The translations under genes and the position numbers were made by a program. Shown one piece after another: positions 19,112 through 27,661 of a stretch of 64,000 nt of DNA. Position 1 is the first letter of the stretch. Each line of letters opens with the position of its first letter. The notes beneath the pieces were generated by a model. It saw only the letters and a program-made list of their open reading frames with translations, had not been told where the DNA came from and did no database searches. Source of the stretch: Thermoanaerobaculia bacterium (GTDB lineage: Bacteria; Acidobacteriota; Thermoanaerobaculia; Multivoradales; JAIOJS01). Location of the stretch: positions 157,696 to 221,695 of the forward strand of contig JAUIDB010000001.1 of assembly GCA_030429235.1 (NCBI GenBank), read 5' to 3'.

Positions 19112-20572
19112 ATGATGTTAACCAAGAAACTACTGGTCGAGCAGGACCCCTACCAGACGCGCGTGGCGGTGATCGAGGCGGACCGGGTGGCCGAGGTCTA
19201 CCACGAACCGGCGACGGGCGGAGGCCTCCGCGGTCAGGTTTTCAAGGGGCGCGTACACCGGGTTCTCCCCGGGATGCAGGCGGCCTTCGTCGACCTTGGG
19301 TTGGAGCGCGACGCCTTCCTCCACGTCGAGGACGTGCGCCCGCCCGGGGTACCGGAAGAGGCGACGATCGACGACCTGCTGAAGCCGGGGCAGGAGCTCG
19401 TAGTCCAGGTCGCAAAGGGCCCTCTGCCCAACAAGGGGGCTCGGGTATCGGCCCAGGTGACCCTTCCTGGACGCTTCCTCGTCTACCTGCCGTACGGCGA
19501 TCAGTCCGGAGTGTCTCGGCGCATCGAGGACGAGACGGAGCGCGAGCGACTGCGCCAGATCCTCGACCAACTCGATCCTCCAGGGAGATTCATCGCTCGG
19601 ACTGTGGCCGAGGGGGGGGGCGTGGCCGATCTCGAGGAGGATGCCAACCGTCTGCGAGCTAGCTGGGAACGACTCAGTCGGCGGGCCGAGTCGACGCATG
19701 CACCGGAGCTCCTGCACCGAGACCTCGGCGTTGCCCTCGGAGCCGTGCGCGACCTCTTCGACGATACCTTTGCCGCCCTCTGGGTGCAGGGCAACGAACT
19801 CGCGGCCGAGATCGAGGAGTTTTTGGGCACGATCGAGCCCGGGCTGCGGAGCCGCGTTCAGCGCTGGCAGGAGGAGCAGTCTCTACTTGCGGCGCACGGG
19901 GTCGACGACGCGATCGAAGCCGCCCTCCGCCCCCGGGTCTGGCTCAAGTCGGGTGGATACCTGGTGATCCAGCCGACCGAGGCGCTGGTGGCCATCGATG
20001 TGAACACCGGCCGCAACGTCGGCCGCCGGAGTCTCGGTGAGACCATCCTCCAGACCAACCTCGAGGCGGTCGCCGAAACAGCTCGCCAGATTCGGCTGCG
20101 CAACCTGTTTGGGATCGTCGTGCTCGACCTGATCGACATGGAGGAAGAGGAACATCGACAGCAGGTCTATGGCGCCCTCGAACAGGCGCTGTCCCGAGAC
20201 CGGGTCCGGACCCAGATTCTGTCGATCTCCGAGTTCGGTCTCATCGAGATGACGCGGAAGCGGTCGCGGCCGAGTCTCTACAGTTGGTTGACCCGCGACT
20301 GCGCGCACTGCCGGGGACAGGGCAGAGTCCAGGCACCGGAGTTCGTGGTCGATCGGTTGCGACGCCACCTGCTCGATCGTCGTCCCACCGGTTCGAGCGA
20401 CGAGTTGGTCGTCCGTTTGGAACCAGCCGTGGCGGCGGTGCTGCGCGGAACCCGCCGCGACGTGGTGGGCGAACTGGAGGCGGCGCTCGGCCGCCCCGTG
20501 CGCGTCGTCGCCGACGCGTCCGTGCCGGTGGATCGCTTCGAGCTCGACTACGACTTCCCCGGAGGGGGGTAG
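19112..20572 (+). CDS. rng: Ribonuclease G (RNase E/G family)
   Basis: S1 domain followed by the catalytic domain ...VAIDVNTG.... 486 aa and lacks an RNase E scaffold. Conserved mre-rng synteny. Confidence 0.85.
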   Translation: MMLTKKLLVEQDPYQTRVAVIEADRVAEVYHEPATGGGLRGQVFKGRVHRVLPGMQAAFVDLGLERDAFLHVEDVRPPGVPEEATIDDLLKPGQELVVQVAKGPLPNKGARVSAQVTLPGRFLVYLPYGDQSGVSRRIEDETERERLRQILDQLDPPGRFIARTVAEGGGVADLEEDANRLRASWERLSRRAESTHAPELLHRDLGVALGAVRDLFDDTFAALWVQGNELAAEIEEFLGTIEPGLRSRVQRWQEEQSLLAAHGVDDAIEAALRPRVWLKSGGYLVIQPTEALVAIDVNTGRNVGRRSLGETILQTNLEAVAETARQIRLRNLFGIVVLDLIDMEEEEHRQQVYGALEQALSRDRVRTQILSISEFGLIEMTRKRSRPSLYSWLTRDCAHCRGQGRVQAPEFVVDRLRRHLLDRRPTGSSDELVVRLEPAVAAVLRGTRRDVVGELEAALGRPVRVVADASVPVDRFELDYDFPGGG

Positions 20573-20575
20573 AAC

Positions 20576-22732
20576 GTGCAGGTCCAGCCCTTCGAGCTGG
20601 CCGAGTACTGCGGCGAGGTGGCCACGCCATGGCAGGCCGAAGACCTCGAGTCGGCGCTGGCGCCGGTGCTCGACGTGGGCCAGGCTGAGGAGATCCTGCA
20701 CTGGGGACGCAACATCCTGTGGACCGCGAAGTGGCCGACGGCCGAAGGCGGCTCGACGGTCGTGGTCAAGCAGTTTCGCCACGAGGATCTGCGTCGCCGC
20801 CTCGATCGGCGGTGGCGTGGCAGCAAGGCGGCCCGCAACTGGCGCGCGGCGTTGGCGCTGCAGGATGCCGGCATCGCGGTGCCGGCCCCGGTGGCCTGGG
20901 TCGAAAGCCGACAGGCCTCTGGTCCCGCGTTCTTCATCTGTGGCTACTTGCCGCACCGTCTCGAAGCTCGCTACCCCCTGCGGGCGCTGAACGCCGACCG
21001 GCTCGACGAGGAGTTCCCGGCCTGGCCGCGGCAACGCCTGCTCGAAGTGCTGGCTGGTACGGCGCGAAGGCTGCACGCCGCCGGATTCTGGCATCGCGAC
21101 TACTCGGCTGGAAACGTGTTGCTTCCGGACGGCCCGGCGGAAGGAGGCGATGAGGCCGTCCTCGTCGACCTGAACCGCACCCGACGGTTGGCTCGGCTCG
21201 GTCGCGCGCACCGCCTCGATGATCTATCGCGCATGCCGATCGTCGCTCTCGAAGACCGCCGAGCCCTGTTGAAGGCGTATCTGGAGCGTCCGCCGACACC
21301 GTCCGAGTGGTGGAGTTACCGTTGGCGGTACCTTCGGTTCCACGGTCGCCATCGGTTGAAGAAGGCGTGGCGTCGCCGCACGGCAGGATGGAAGAACCTA
21401 CTGGTCGCGCGCAAGGCGTACCCCCACCTGCCACCGCCGGAGGAGCATGCCTCGCGGCGGGACCGAGTGGTGTGGGATCGGTTGTCGGATCAGCCGCACC
21501 AGCACGCGAGTCGCTGGGACAAGCTGACCGTTCGGGTCCGCGATGTCGGTGCCCACGTGCGGACCGTCGGTGCGGTCGTGACCTCGGCGCCCCGCATCTG
21601 GCGGCGCTACCGCAAGCTCCGCCAGGGGCTCTACCGGGCTCCGACGAGATTCGACGGGATCGGGGTTTGCTTGCGTCCGCTACCGGGACAGGAAGCGGCG
21701 CTCCTGTCCGCGGTCGAGGGACTCGGGGTCCACCACTTGTTGCTCCGGCTCCATCCCTGGCAGTCGGACCACGAAGCGGAATTACAGCTTGCCCAGGAGC
21801 TGGCGAGCCGGGGGTACGACCTGGTCTTTGCCCTGCCGCAGCGCCGCGAGTTGGTGCGCGACCCCGCCCGCTGGCGGGCGGCGGTCGAGGAACTGGCCGA
21901 GCGTTTCACTCCCTACGGCAAGACCTTCCAGCTCGGTCAAGCGATCAACCGCAGCAAGTGGGGAGTCTGGAACTACGCCGAGTTCCAGGCCATGGCGCGC
22001 AGTGCGGCGGAGATCCTACGCCGCAACCCCGAGGTTCGGGTGGTGGGTCCCGGGGTCATCGACTTCGAACTCCACGCCACGGCGGCGGTGGTCAACTGGC
22101 CCGGTAGAGCGGTGACCTTCGACGCTCTGGCCAGCCTGCTCTACGTCGACCGTCGGGGCGCACCGGAGAACCCGCAGGCAGGCTTCGACACCGTCGGCAA
22201 GGTCCTGTTGGCGCAGGCGATCGCGGAGACTGCTCGCCATTGCGGTCCACGGTCCTGGGTGACGGAGGTGAACTGGCCCCTGCGCGAGGGACCTCACTCG
22301 CCGGCCGGGCGGGATGTTTCGGTCGACGAGGAGACCTATGCCGACTATCTCGCGCGCTACTACCTGCTCGCCCTGGCCACCGGCTGCGTCGAGCGGGTCT
22401 ACTGGTGGCAGCTCGAGGCGCGAGGGTATGGGCTGGCCGTGCTCGAAGGGGACACACTGAGACTGCGGCCCGGCTACCAGGCCCTGGCCACCCTTGCCGA
22501 ACGGCTGCGCGGCTGGACCTTCCAGTCCCCCCTCGAGGGCCCACCGGGTACCTACCTCTACCCCTTCGAGCGCGAGGGAGACCGCCGCCTCGCGGCCTGG
22601 AGCGGGGTCGGGGTCCGGGAGGTCGAGCTGCCGGCTCCGGTGCGTCGCGCGGTCGATCGGTCTGGGACCGAGCTGCCGGTATCGGGGAGTCGGGTGACGA
22701 TCGACGGATCGGTGCGCTACTTCGACCTCTGA
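20576..22732 (+). CDS. Fusion protein: N-terminal lipopolysaccharide-kinase (Kdo/WaaP/KdkA-like) domain plus a ~450-aa C-terminal uncharacterised (possibly TIM-barrel/glycosidase-like) domain
   Basis: Kinase-like catalytic loop LHAAGFWHRDYSAGNVLLPDG...LVDLNR resembles Kdo kinase LHxAGVxHxDLNAHNILL. The C-terminal ~450 aa has no motif I can name. Starts 4 nt after rng. Confidence 0.5.
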   Translation: MQVQPFELAEYCGEVATPWQAEDLESALAPVLDVGQAEEILHWGRNILWTAKWPTAEGGSTVVVKQFRHEDLRRRLDRRWRGSKAARNWRAALALQDAGIAVPAPVAWVESRQASGPAFFICGYLPHRLEARYPLRALNADRLDEEFPAWPRQRLLEVLAGTARRLHAAGFWHRDYSAGNVLLPDGPAEGGDEAVLVDLNRTRRLARLGRAHRLDDLSRMPIVALEDRRALLKAYLERPPTPSEWWSYRWRYLRFHGRHRLKKAWRRRTAGWKNLLVARKAYPHLPPPEEHASRRDRVVWDRLSDQPHQHASRWDKLTVRVRDVGAHVRTVGAVVTSAPRIWRRYRKLRQGLYRAPTRFDGIGVCLRPLPGQEAALLSAVEGLGVHHLLLRLHPWQSDHEAELQLAQELASRGYDLVFALPQRRELVRDPARWRAAVEELAERFTPYGKTFQLGQAINRSKWGVWNYAEFQAMARSAAEILRRNPEVRVVGPGVIDFELHATAAVVNWPGRAVTFDALASLLYVDRRGAPENPQAGFDTVGKVLLAQAIAETARHCGPRSWVTEVNWPLREGPHSPAGRDVSVDEETYADYLARYYLLALATGCVERVYWWQLEARGYGLAVLEGDTLRLRPGYQALATLAERLRGWTFQSPLEGPPGTYLYPFEREGDRRLAAWSGVGVREVELPAPVRRAVDRSGTELPVSGSRVTIDGSVRYFDL

Positions 22733-22741
22733 ACCGGAGTC

Positions 22742-23047
22742 TTAGTCGAAGTCCCAGGGACGTTCGGGTCGGCGGTCCAGGTCGCCCTCCTTCTCTGCCC
22801 GGCGGCGGGCTCGTTCGAACTTCTCCTCGAGGAGCCGGTCGCGATTCTGGTGGGCGGCGAGTTCCTGGTCGAAACGCTCTTCGGCTCGCGCCCGATCGTC
22901 GTCGAGATCGGCGAGCAGGGAGTCGAAGTCCGCTCGGGGGTTCGGCTCGCGGGCTACGGCTCGGTGTTCGAGGACGCTGCCGGTCTCGGGGCCGACGACG
23001 ATCTTCGAGCCGCAGTCAGGGCAGCGTAGGTGGAACCGTCGCTTCAT
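22742..23047 (-). CDS. Hypothetical small protein with an N-terminal CxxC and a charged C-terminal helix
   Basis: MKRRFHLRCPDCGSKIVVG... then a highly charged E/R/D-rich tail. Convergent with the kinase-fusion gene. Confidence 0.35.
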   Translation of the reverse strand: MKRRFHLRCPDCGSKIVVGPETGSVLEHRAVAREPNPRADFDSLLADLDDDRARAEERFDQELAAHQNRDRLLEEKFERARRRAEKEGDLDRRPERPWDFD

Positions 23048-23166
23048 CGCTGCAGTCTAGCTCAGGGAAGCGTCGACCAAACCATGGTCGCCGCAAGCCC
23101 CACCCTCGGCTTCCGGACTTTAGGGGCGGTATCTCCCGTAGGGGGGCCAGGGTTGATAAGATAGGC

Positions 23167-23193
23167 AACGTGGTCGTCGTGCGCTGCCACGTT
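23167..23193. promoter_or_regulatory. Perfect 7-bp inverted repeat AACGTGG-N13-CCACGTT upstream of the substrate-binding protein gene
   Basis: Seen directly: aacgtgg tcgtcgtgcgctg ccacgtt, 34 bp upstream of the ATG at 23227, within a 179-bp intergenic region. Confidence 0.3.
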
Positions 23194-23226
23194 CCGAACG
23201 ATTCAGAAAGAAAGAGTGGAGCGATC

Positions 23227-24420
23227 ATGAAGGTTTTTGCTCGTTTGTTCTTAGTCCTACTCGTGGGCTGCGTGGTGCTCGGTTGCCCCGCCGGCGAGAA
23301 GTCGGTGCACCTCGGCGCGGTGATCCCCCTCTCTGGTCCGGTCGAGGCCTACGGTACCGCGGTCAACAACGGCGTCAACCTCGCGCTCGAGCAGGCCCAG
23401 GCAGACCCGAATCTCGGGTTCGTGCTGACGATGGAGACCGTGGACTCGGGCGGCGATCCGGAGACCGCAGCGCAACTTCTCGACGAGCTCTACTCCAAGG
23501 GCGTGCTCGCCGCGATCGGAGGAGTGACCAGCGACGAGGCGATGGCCATGGTCGACGTGGCCGACGAGGCCGACCGCACGCTGGTCTCGCCCACCGCTTC
23601 CAGCCCCGAACTCACGGGGGTTTCGCGGAACTTCTACCGGGTGTTTCCCTCCGATTTCGAGGAGGGGACCAAGATGGGCAGCTTCGCCGCCAACACGCTG
23701 AACCTGCCGAACGCGGTCATCCTCGCCTCGGAGTCGCCCTACGGCCGCGGAATCCAGGGGGTGTTCAAGAACGAATTCAGCCGCCATGGCGCCGAGATCC
23801 TCGAAGTCATCGAGTACCCGGCAGGGACTTCGGACTTCAGTGGTCTGGTCGATCGCGCCGTCACCCTCGAGCCCGCCGCGGTGTACTTGGCCGCCTACTG
23901 GGACGAGGTGGTCGCGATGGTCAAGGGCCTCCACGACGCCGGCTACCAGGGCAAGGTCCTGACCACCGCGGCGTTTGCGACCTCGCAGGCGGTGGCTGCG
24001 GCCGGTGAGGCGGCGGAGAACGTCTACTTCACCCAGACCGTCTTCGATCTGTCGAACCCCAACGAGCCGATCCCCTCCTTCGTCGAGGCCTACCGCAACA
24101 AGTACGGACTCGACCCCGATCTCTACGCGGCGCACGGCTACGATGCCATGCGGGTCGTGCTCGCGGCCATCGACAAGGAGAAACTGCCCCTGGCCAGTGA
24201 TTTCTGGAAGGGCGTGCGCTCGATCCGCTCCTTCTCGGGGGTCACGGGGTCACTGCAGTTCGACGAGAAGGGGGACGTGCAGAAGTACCCCCGGGTCTAC
24301 GTCATCAAGGAAGGCGCGCCGATCAACTACGACAAGTACGTCGCCGACGCCAAGGAGGTCTTGCGGCAACGGCTGCGCGATCTCGAGCAGATGCAGAACC
24401 GCCTCAAGGGCAACAACTGA
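23227..24420 (+). CDS. ABC transporter periplasmic substrate-binding lipoprotein (LivJ/K-like, type-I PBP family)
   Basis: Lipobox signal MKVFARLFLVLLVGCVVLGC; ...GAVIPLSGPVEAYGTAVNNGVNLALEQ. ATG at 23227 with RBS aaagagtggag. The track ORF 22240..24420 has a ~330-aa Arg/Gly-rich extension that I reject. Confidence 0.75.
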   Translation: MKVFARLFLVLLVGCVVLGCPAGEKSVHLGAVIPLSGPVEAYGTAVNNGVNLALEQAQADPNLGFVLTMETVDSGGDPETAAQLLDELYSKGVLAAIGGVTSDEAMAMVDVADEADRTLVSPTASSPELTGVSRNFYRVFPSDFEEGTKMGSFAANTLNLPNAVILASESPYGRGIQGVFKNEFSRHGAEILEVIEYPAGTSDFSGLVDRAVTLEPAAVYLAAYWDEVVAMVKGLHDAGYQGKVLTTAAFATSQAVAAAGEAAENVYFTQTVFDLSNPNEPIPSFVEAYRNKYGLDPDLYAAHGYDAMRVVLAAIDKEKLPLASDFWKGVRSIRSFSGVTGSLQFDEKGDVQKYPRVYVIKEGAPINYDKYVADAKEVLRQRLRDLEQMQNRLKGNN

Positions 24421-24460
24421 TTCGGAGGCCCCTTCCTCGTCGGAAGGGGCTGCTTCCCTC

Positions 24461-25255
24461 ATGATTGGTCGTCTCCTGGGCTTTCGCGGCCTCATCGCGA
24501 CCTTGACCTCTCGTGAGCTCAAGGCGCGCTACCGCGGCTCGTGGCTGGGGTTCGTGTGGTCGCTGGTCAACCCCATCCTGCTGCTCGGGGTCTACACCGT
24601 CGTCTTCGACTTCATCTTCACGCCGCGCATGGCGGGCGCCTCTCCCTATTCGGTCTTTTTGCTGACCGGGCTCTTCCCCTGGATCTGGCTGTCGACTTCG
24701 CTGGTCGAGTCGACCTCCTCGCTGTTGGTCAACGCTGCCCTGATTCGCAAGGCGGTCTTTCCGGCCGAGGTGCTGCCGGTGGTGGTGGCGCTGGCCAACC
24801 TGGTGCACTTCCTACTGGCCCTGCCGATCATCCTGGCGGCGATCCTGGGGGCCCGCATGCTGGGGTTCGAAGTCGGTGGCTGGAGTGCGCTGCTCATGCC
24901 CCTGGCGATCGTGGTGCTCCTCCCGTTCGTCGCGGGACTGGGGCTGGCCCTGGCCGCGCTCAACGTTCACTTCAAGGACACTCGGGACCTGCTCCAGAAC
25001 CTCCTGACCCTGCTCTTCTTCTTGACCCCCATCCTCTACCCGATGGCCGGCCTGGCCCACTTGCCGTGGCTGGAGATGGTCATGAAGCTCAACCCTGGCA
25101 CCCCGTTCGTTCGGCTCTTCCAGGAGGTCCTGTTCTACGGGAACCTGCCCGAGGCGGGGCTCTGGCTGCAGGCTTCCGGGCTGGCGCTCCTCGCTTGGAC
25201 GGTCGGCGCCTGGATCTTCGAGCGGCTGGCGCCGACTCTGGTGGAGGCGGTGTGA
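24461..25255 (+). CDS. ABC-2 type polysaccharide/O-antigen export permease (Wzm/KpsM/TagG-like)
   Basis: MIGRLLGFRGLIATLTSRELKARYRGSWLGFVWSLVNPILLLGVYTVVFDFIF is the ABC-2 signature N-terminus. 6 TM segments. Confidence 0.8.
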   Translation: MIGRLLGFRGLIATLTSRELKARYRGSWLGFVWSLVNPILLLGVYTVVFDFIFTPRMAGASPYSVFLLTGLFPWIWLSTSLVESTSSLLVNAALIRKAVFPAEVLPVVVALANLVHFLLALPIILAAILGARMLGFEVGGWSALLMPLAIVVLLPFVAGLGLALAALNVHFKDTRDLLQNLLTLLFFLTPILYPMAGLAHLPWLEMVMKLNPGTPFVRLFQEVLFYGNLPEAGLWLQASGLALLAWTVGAWIFERLAPTLVEAV

Positions 25256-26577
25256 GCAGGCCGCAGCCCCCGGTCCGCGTTCGCTCGGTGAGTAAGCTCT
25301 ACCGTCGCATGGCCCCGGGCTTTCGGCTGCGCACGCTCAAGAGCGCCCTGGTCGAACGCTCTCTGGTCGGGGGACTGTCGGCGGCCGAGTCGATTCCCGC
25401 GGTCCAGGATGTGAGCTTCGAGGTGGCCGCGGGCGAGGCGTTTGGGCTCATCGGGTCGAACGGGTCGGGAAAATCGACGCTGCTGAAGTTGGTGGCGGGA
25501 ATTCTGCAGCCGACCAGCGGCGAGGTGATCGTCGATGGCCGGGTCGCGGCGCTGATCGAATTGGGAGCGGGGTTCCATCCCGAGATCTCCGGTCGGGAGA
25601 ACATCTTCATCAATGGATCGGTTCTGGGCCTCAGCCGACGACAGATCGAGGAGCGCTACGACGAGATCGTCGCCTTCTCGGGACTCGAAGACTTCATCGA
25701 AGAGCCGGTCAAGAACTACTCCTCGGGGATGTACGTTCGCCTGGGATTCGCGGTGGCAGTGCATACCGATCCCGACGTGTTGATGGTGGACGAGGTCCTG
25801 TCGGTGGGTGACGAGGCGTTCGCCCATCGCTGTTTGCACCGCATCGAGGAACTCCTGGCGGCGGGCAAGACCCTGCTGTTCGTAAGCCACTCGCTAACCC
25901 TGGTCGAGGACCTCTGTGACCGGGTCTTGTGGATGGACCGGGGCGTGCCCCGTCTGATCGGCGAGCCGCGGAGGGTGGTCGACGCCTACCGTGAGTCGGT
26001 GGCCGAGTCCGAGGGGCGGCAGCACCAGAAGGCAAAGGAGGAGGCCGAGGCCGAACGCGAGGCCGAGGATCCGGCGGGCCCCCGGCGTTGGGGTTCCGGC
26101 GCCGCCACCATTCGCACCGCACGCCTGCTGGTCCTTGGAGAGAGCGGGGCGGCGGTCGAGCGCTACCACCTGGAGACTGGCGAGAGCGTCGAGTTCGAGA
26201 TGACGGTCGAGGTGGACAGGCCGCTGGAGGACTTCGTGTTCGGTATCGGCATCGCCACTCCCCGTGGCACCGAAGTCTGGGGAACCAACACCGAACTGGG
26301 GGGCTGGAAGGGATCTCGGCTGGAGGGTCCGGCGCAGGTCAGGGTGCGCTGTCCCGATCTGCGCCTGGCACCGGGTGAATACCGGGTCGATCTCGCGGTG
26401 CACGCCAGCGATGGTGCGCCGTACGACTATCGCCAGGGGGCCTTCTCCTTTGTGGTCTCGGCTCCCGAACAACAGGTCGGTCTCTACGCCCCTCGGCACG
26501 AATGGAGCTTCTCGTCCGCCGTTTCGTGGGCCGAGGTCGGCAGCACCACCGAATCAGAGGAGATCAAGCATGAGTGA
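25252..26577 (+). CDS. ABC transporter ATP-binding protein (Wzt/TagH-like) with a C-terminal carbohydrate-binding-type beta-sandwich domain
   Basis: GTG start overlapping the permease stop (GTGA). Walker A GSNGSGKSTLLKL, signature YSSGMYVRLGFA, Walker B LMVDEVLSVGD. C-terminal extension ARLLVLGESGAAVERYHLETGESVEFEMTVE resembles a Wzt C-terminal domain. Confidence 0.85.
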   Translation: MSRPQPPVRVRSVSKLYRRMAPGFRLRTLKSALVERSLVGGLSAAESIPAVQDVSFEVAAGEAFGLIGSNGSGKSTLLKLVAGILQPTSGEVIVDGRVAALIELGAGFHPEISGRENIFINGSVLGLSRRQIEERYDEIVAFSGLEDFIEEPVKNYSSGMYVRLGFAVAVHTDPDVLMVDEVLSVGDEAFAHRCLHRIEELLAAGKTLLFVSHSLTLVEDLCDRVLWMDRGVPRLIGEPRRVVDAYRESVAESEGRQHQKAKEEAEAEREAEDPAGPRRWGSGAATIRTARLLVLGESGAAVERYHLETGESVEFEMTVEVDRPLEDFVFGIGIATPRGTEVWGTNTELGGWKGSRLEGPAQVRVRCPDLRLAPGEYRVDLAVHASDGAPYDYRQGAFSFVVSAPEQQVGLYAPRHEWSFSSAVSWAEVGSTTESEEIKHE

Positions 26578-26848
26578 GAAACAGGGCGTCAACATCAAGA
26601 TCACCGACGAAGAACTGAAAGGCCGATACTCGAATCTGCTGCGCATCACCCATACGCGGGAGGAGTTCATTCTCGACTTCATCAACCTCGTGCCTCCCCA
26701 GGGAGCGGTGACCGCGAGAATCGTCACCAGCCCCGGCCACATGAAACGGATCATCCATGCGCTTGCAGCCAACCTGCAGCGCTACGAGGCGCAGCACGGA
26801 ACGATCCGGGAGGCGCCCGAACCCAACGCCGACGATCCGATCCACTAG
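26570..26848 (+). CDS. DUF3467-family small protein
   Basis: MSEKQGVNIKITDEELKGRYSNLLRITHTREEFILDFINLVPP matches my memory of the DUF3467 N-terminal consensus. ATG overlaps the Wzt-like stop by 8 nt. Confidence 0.6.
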   Translation: MSEKQGVNIKITDEELKGRYSNLLRITHTREEFILDFINLVPPQGAVTARIVTSPGHMKRIIHALAANLQRYEAQHGTIREAPEPNADDPIH

Positions 26849-26953
26849 ACCAGAGGGACTGACATCCGCGCGTTTTCCGACCCCGGCTCATCGGGTAGGC
26901 GAGGTATCTGGCTCGTCGTACTGCTGATCTGTAGCCTCACTTCCTGCCGAGGG

Positions 26954-27520
26954 GTGACGCCGACGGCTCGAGCGGCCGCCGACTGGGCCGCGGGGCCGGC
27001 CCGTTGGTTGCTCCTCGCCGACGAGCGCCGGGAGCTGATGTCGCTGCGTACCCCGGCCGAGTTCGAGGCATTTCGAGAGCGCTTCTGGGAGCGTCGCGAC
27101 GCGGAGCCCGCGCTGGAGAGCCATGCGGTCGCCGCGGCCTACTTTGCCCGGGTTGCCGATGCGGACCAGCTGTACGGTGAGCCTGGGGTGCGGGGTGCGG
27201 TCACCGACCGGGGAGGGGTCCTGATCCTGCTCGGGCCCCCGAACATCTTGCGCCACCGCCAGAAGCGGGTTCCCGCTCTGGGGCGCGGACCCTCGCGGGA
27301 CGGCGCTCGGTCGACCGTCCAGATGACCGAGGAGGTGTGGGTCTACCTGACCCAGGATCTGCCGCCGGCGCTGCGCGCTCGCCTGCGCGATGCCGAGGGC
27401 CCGCTGGCCGACATCTCGGTGACCTTCGTGATCGAGGGCTCGGGGGCTCGCTTGACGGCCGGTAAGGACTACCTCCGTTTGGCGCGTCGAGCGCTGGTGT
27501 CCGACAACTCGAGCCCCTAG
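26954..27520 (+). CDS. GWxTD-domain protein (variant GAVTD), probably secreted
   Basis: GVRGAVTDRGGVLILLGPP matches the GWxTDRGrvyilyGpP core with W to A. The in-frame upstream sequence encodes a lipoprotein-like segment GIWLVVLLICSLTSC but has no canonical start codon, so the true N-terminus is unresolved. Confidence 0.45.
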   Translation: MTPTARAAADWAAGPARWLLLADERRELMSLRTPAEFEAFRERFWERRDAEPALESHAVAAAYFARVADADQLYGEPGVRGAVTDRGGVLILLGPPNILRHRQKRVPALGRGPSRDGARSTVQMTEEVWVYLTQDLPPALRARLRDAEGPLADISVTFVIEGSGARLTAGKDYLRLARRALVSDNSSP

Positions 27521-27661
27521 GCTCGCGCTGCCTTGACGCCGGCGCGGAGCCTAAGGGATCATGGTCTCGCTCCGGCGCTTCCCGGCGGGAAGTGACGGCT
27601 TTCACCCAACGACCGAACACCGGACGTTCCGTTTCCCGGGGCGTTCAGGGAGGAGCTTTCG

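Noticed and set aside
22240-23226. N-terminal 330-aa extension of the track ORF 22240..24420
   Set aside because: The extension is Arg/Gly/Pro-rich and overlaps the convergent 22742-23047 gene. A clean RBS, ATG and lipoprotein signal occur at 23227, so the SBP gene is called from there.
27568-27584. Palindrome cttcccg-g-cgggaag after the GWxTD gene as a terminator or regulatory site
   Set aside because: Short, no U-run, and it lies within an ordinary 140-bp spacer. Insufficient evidence.
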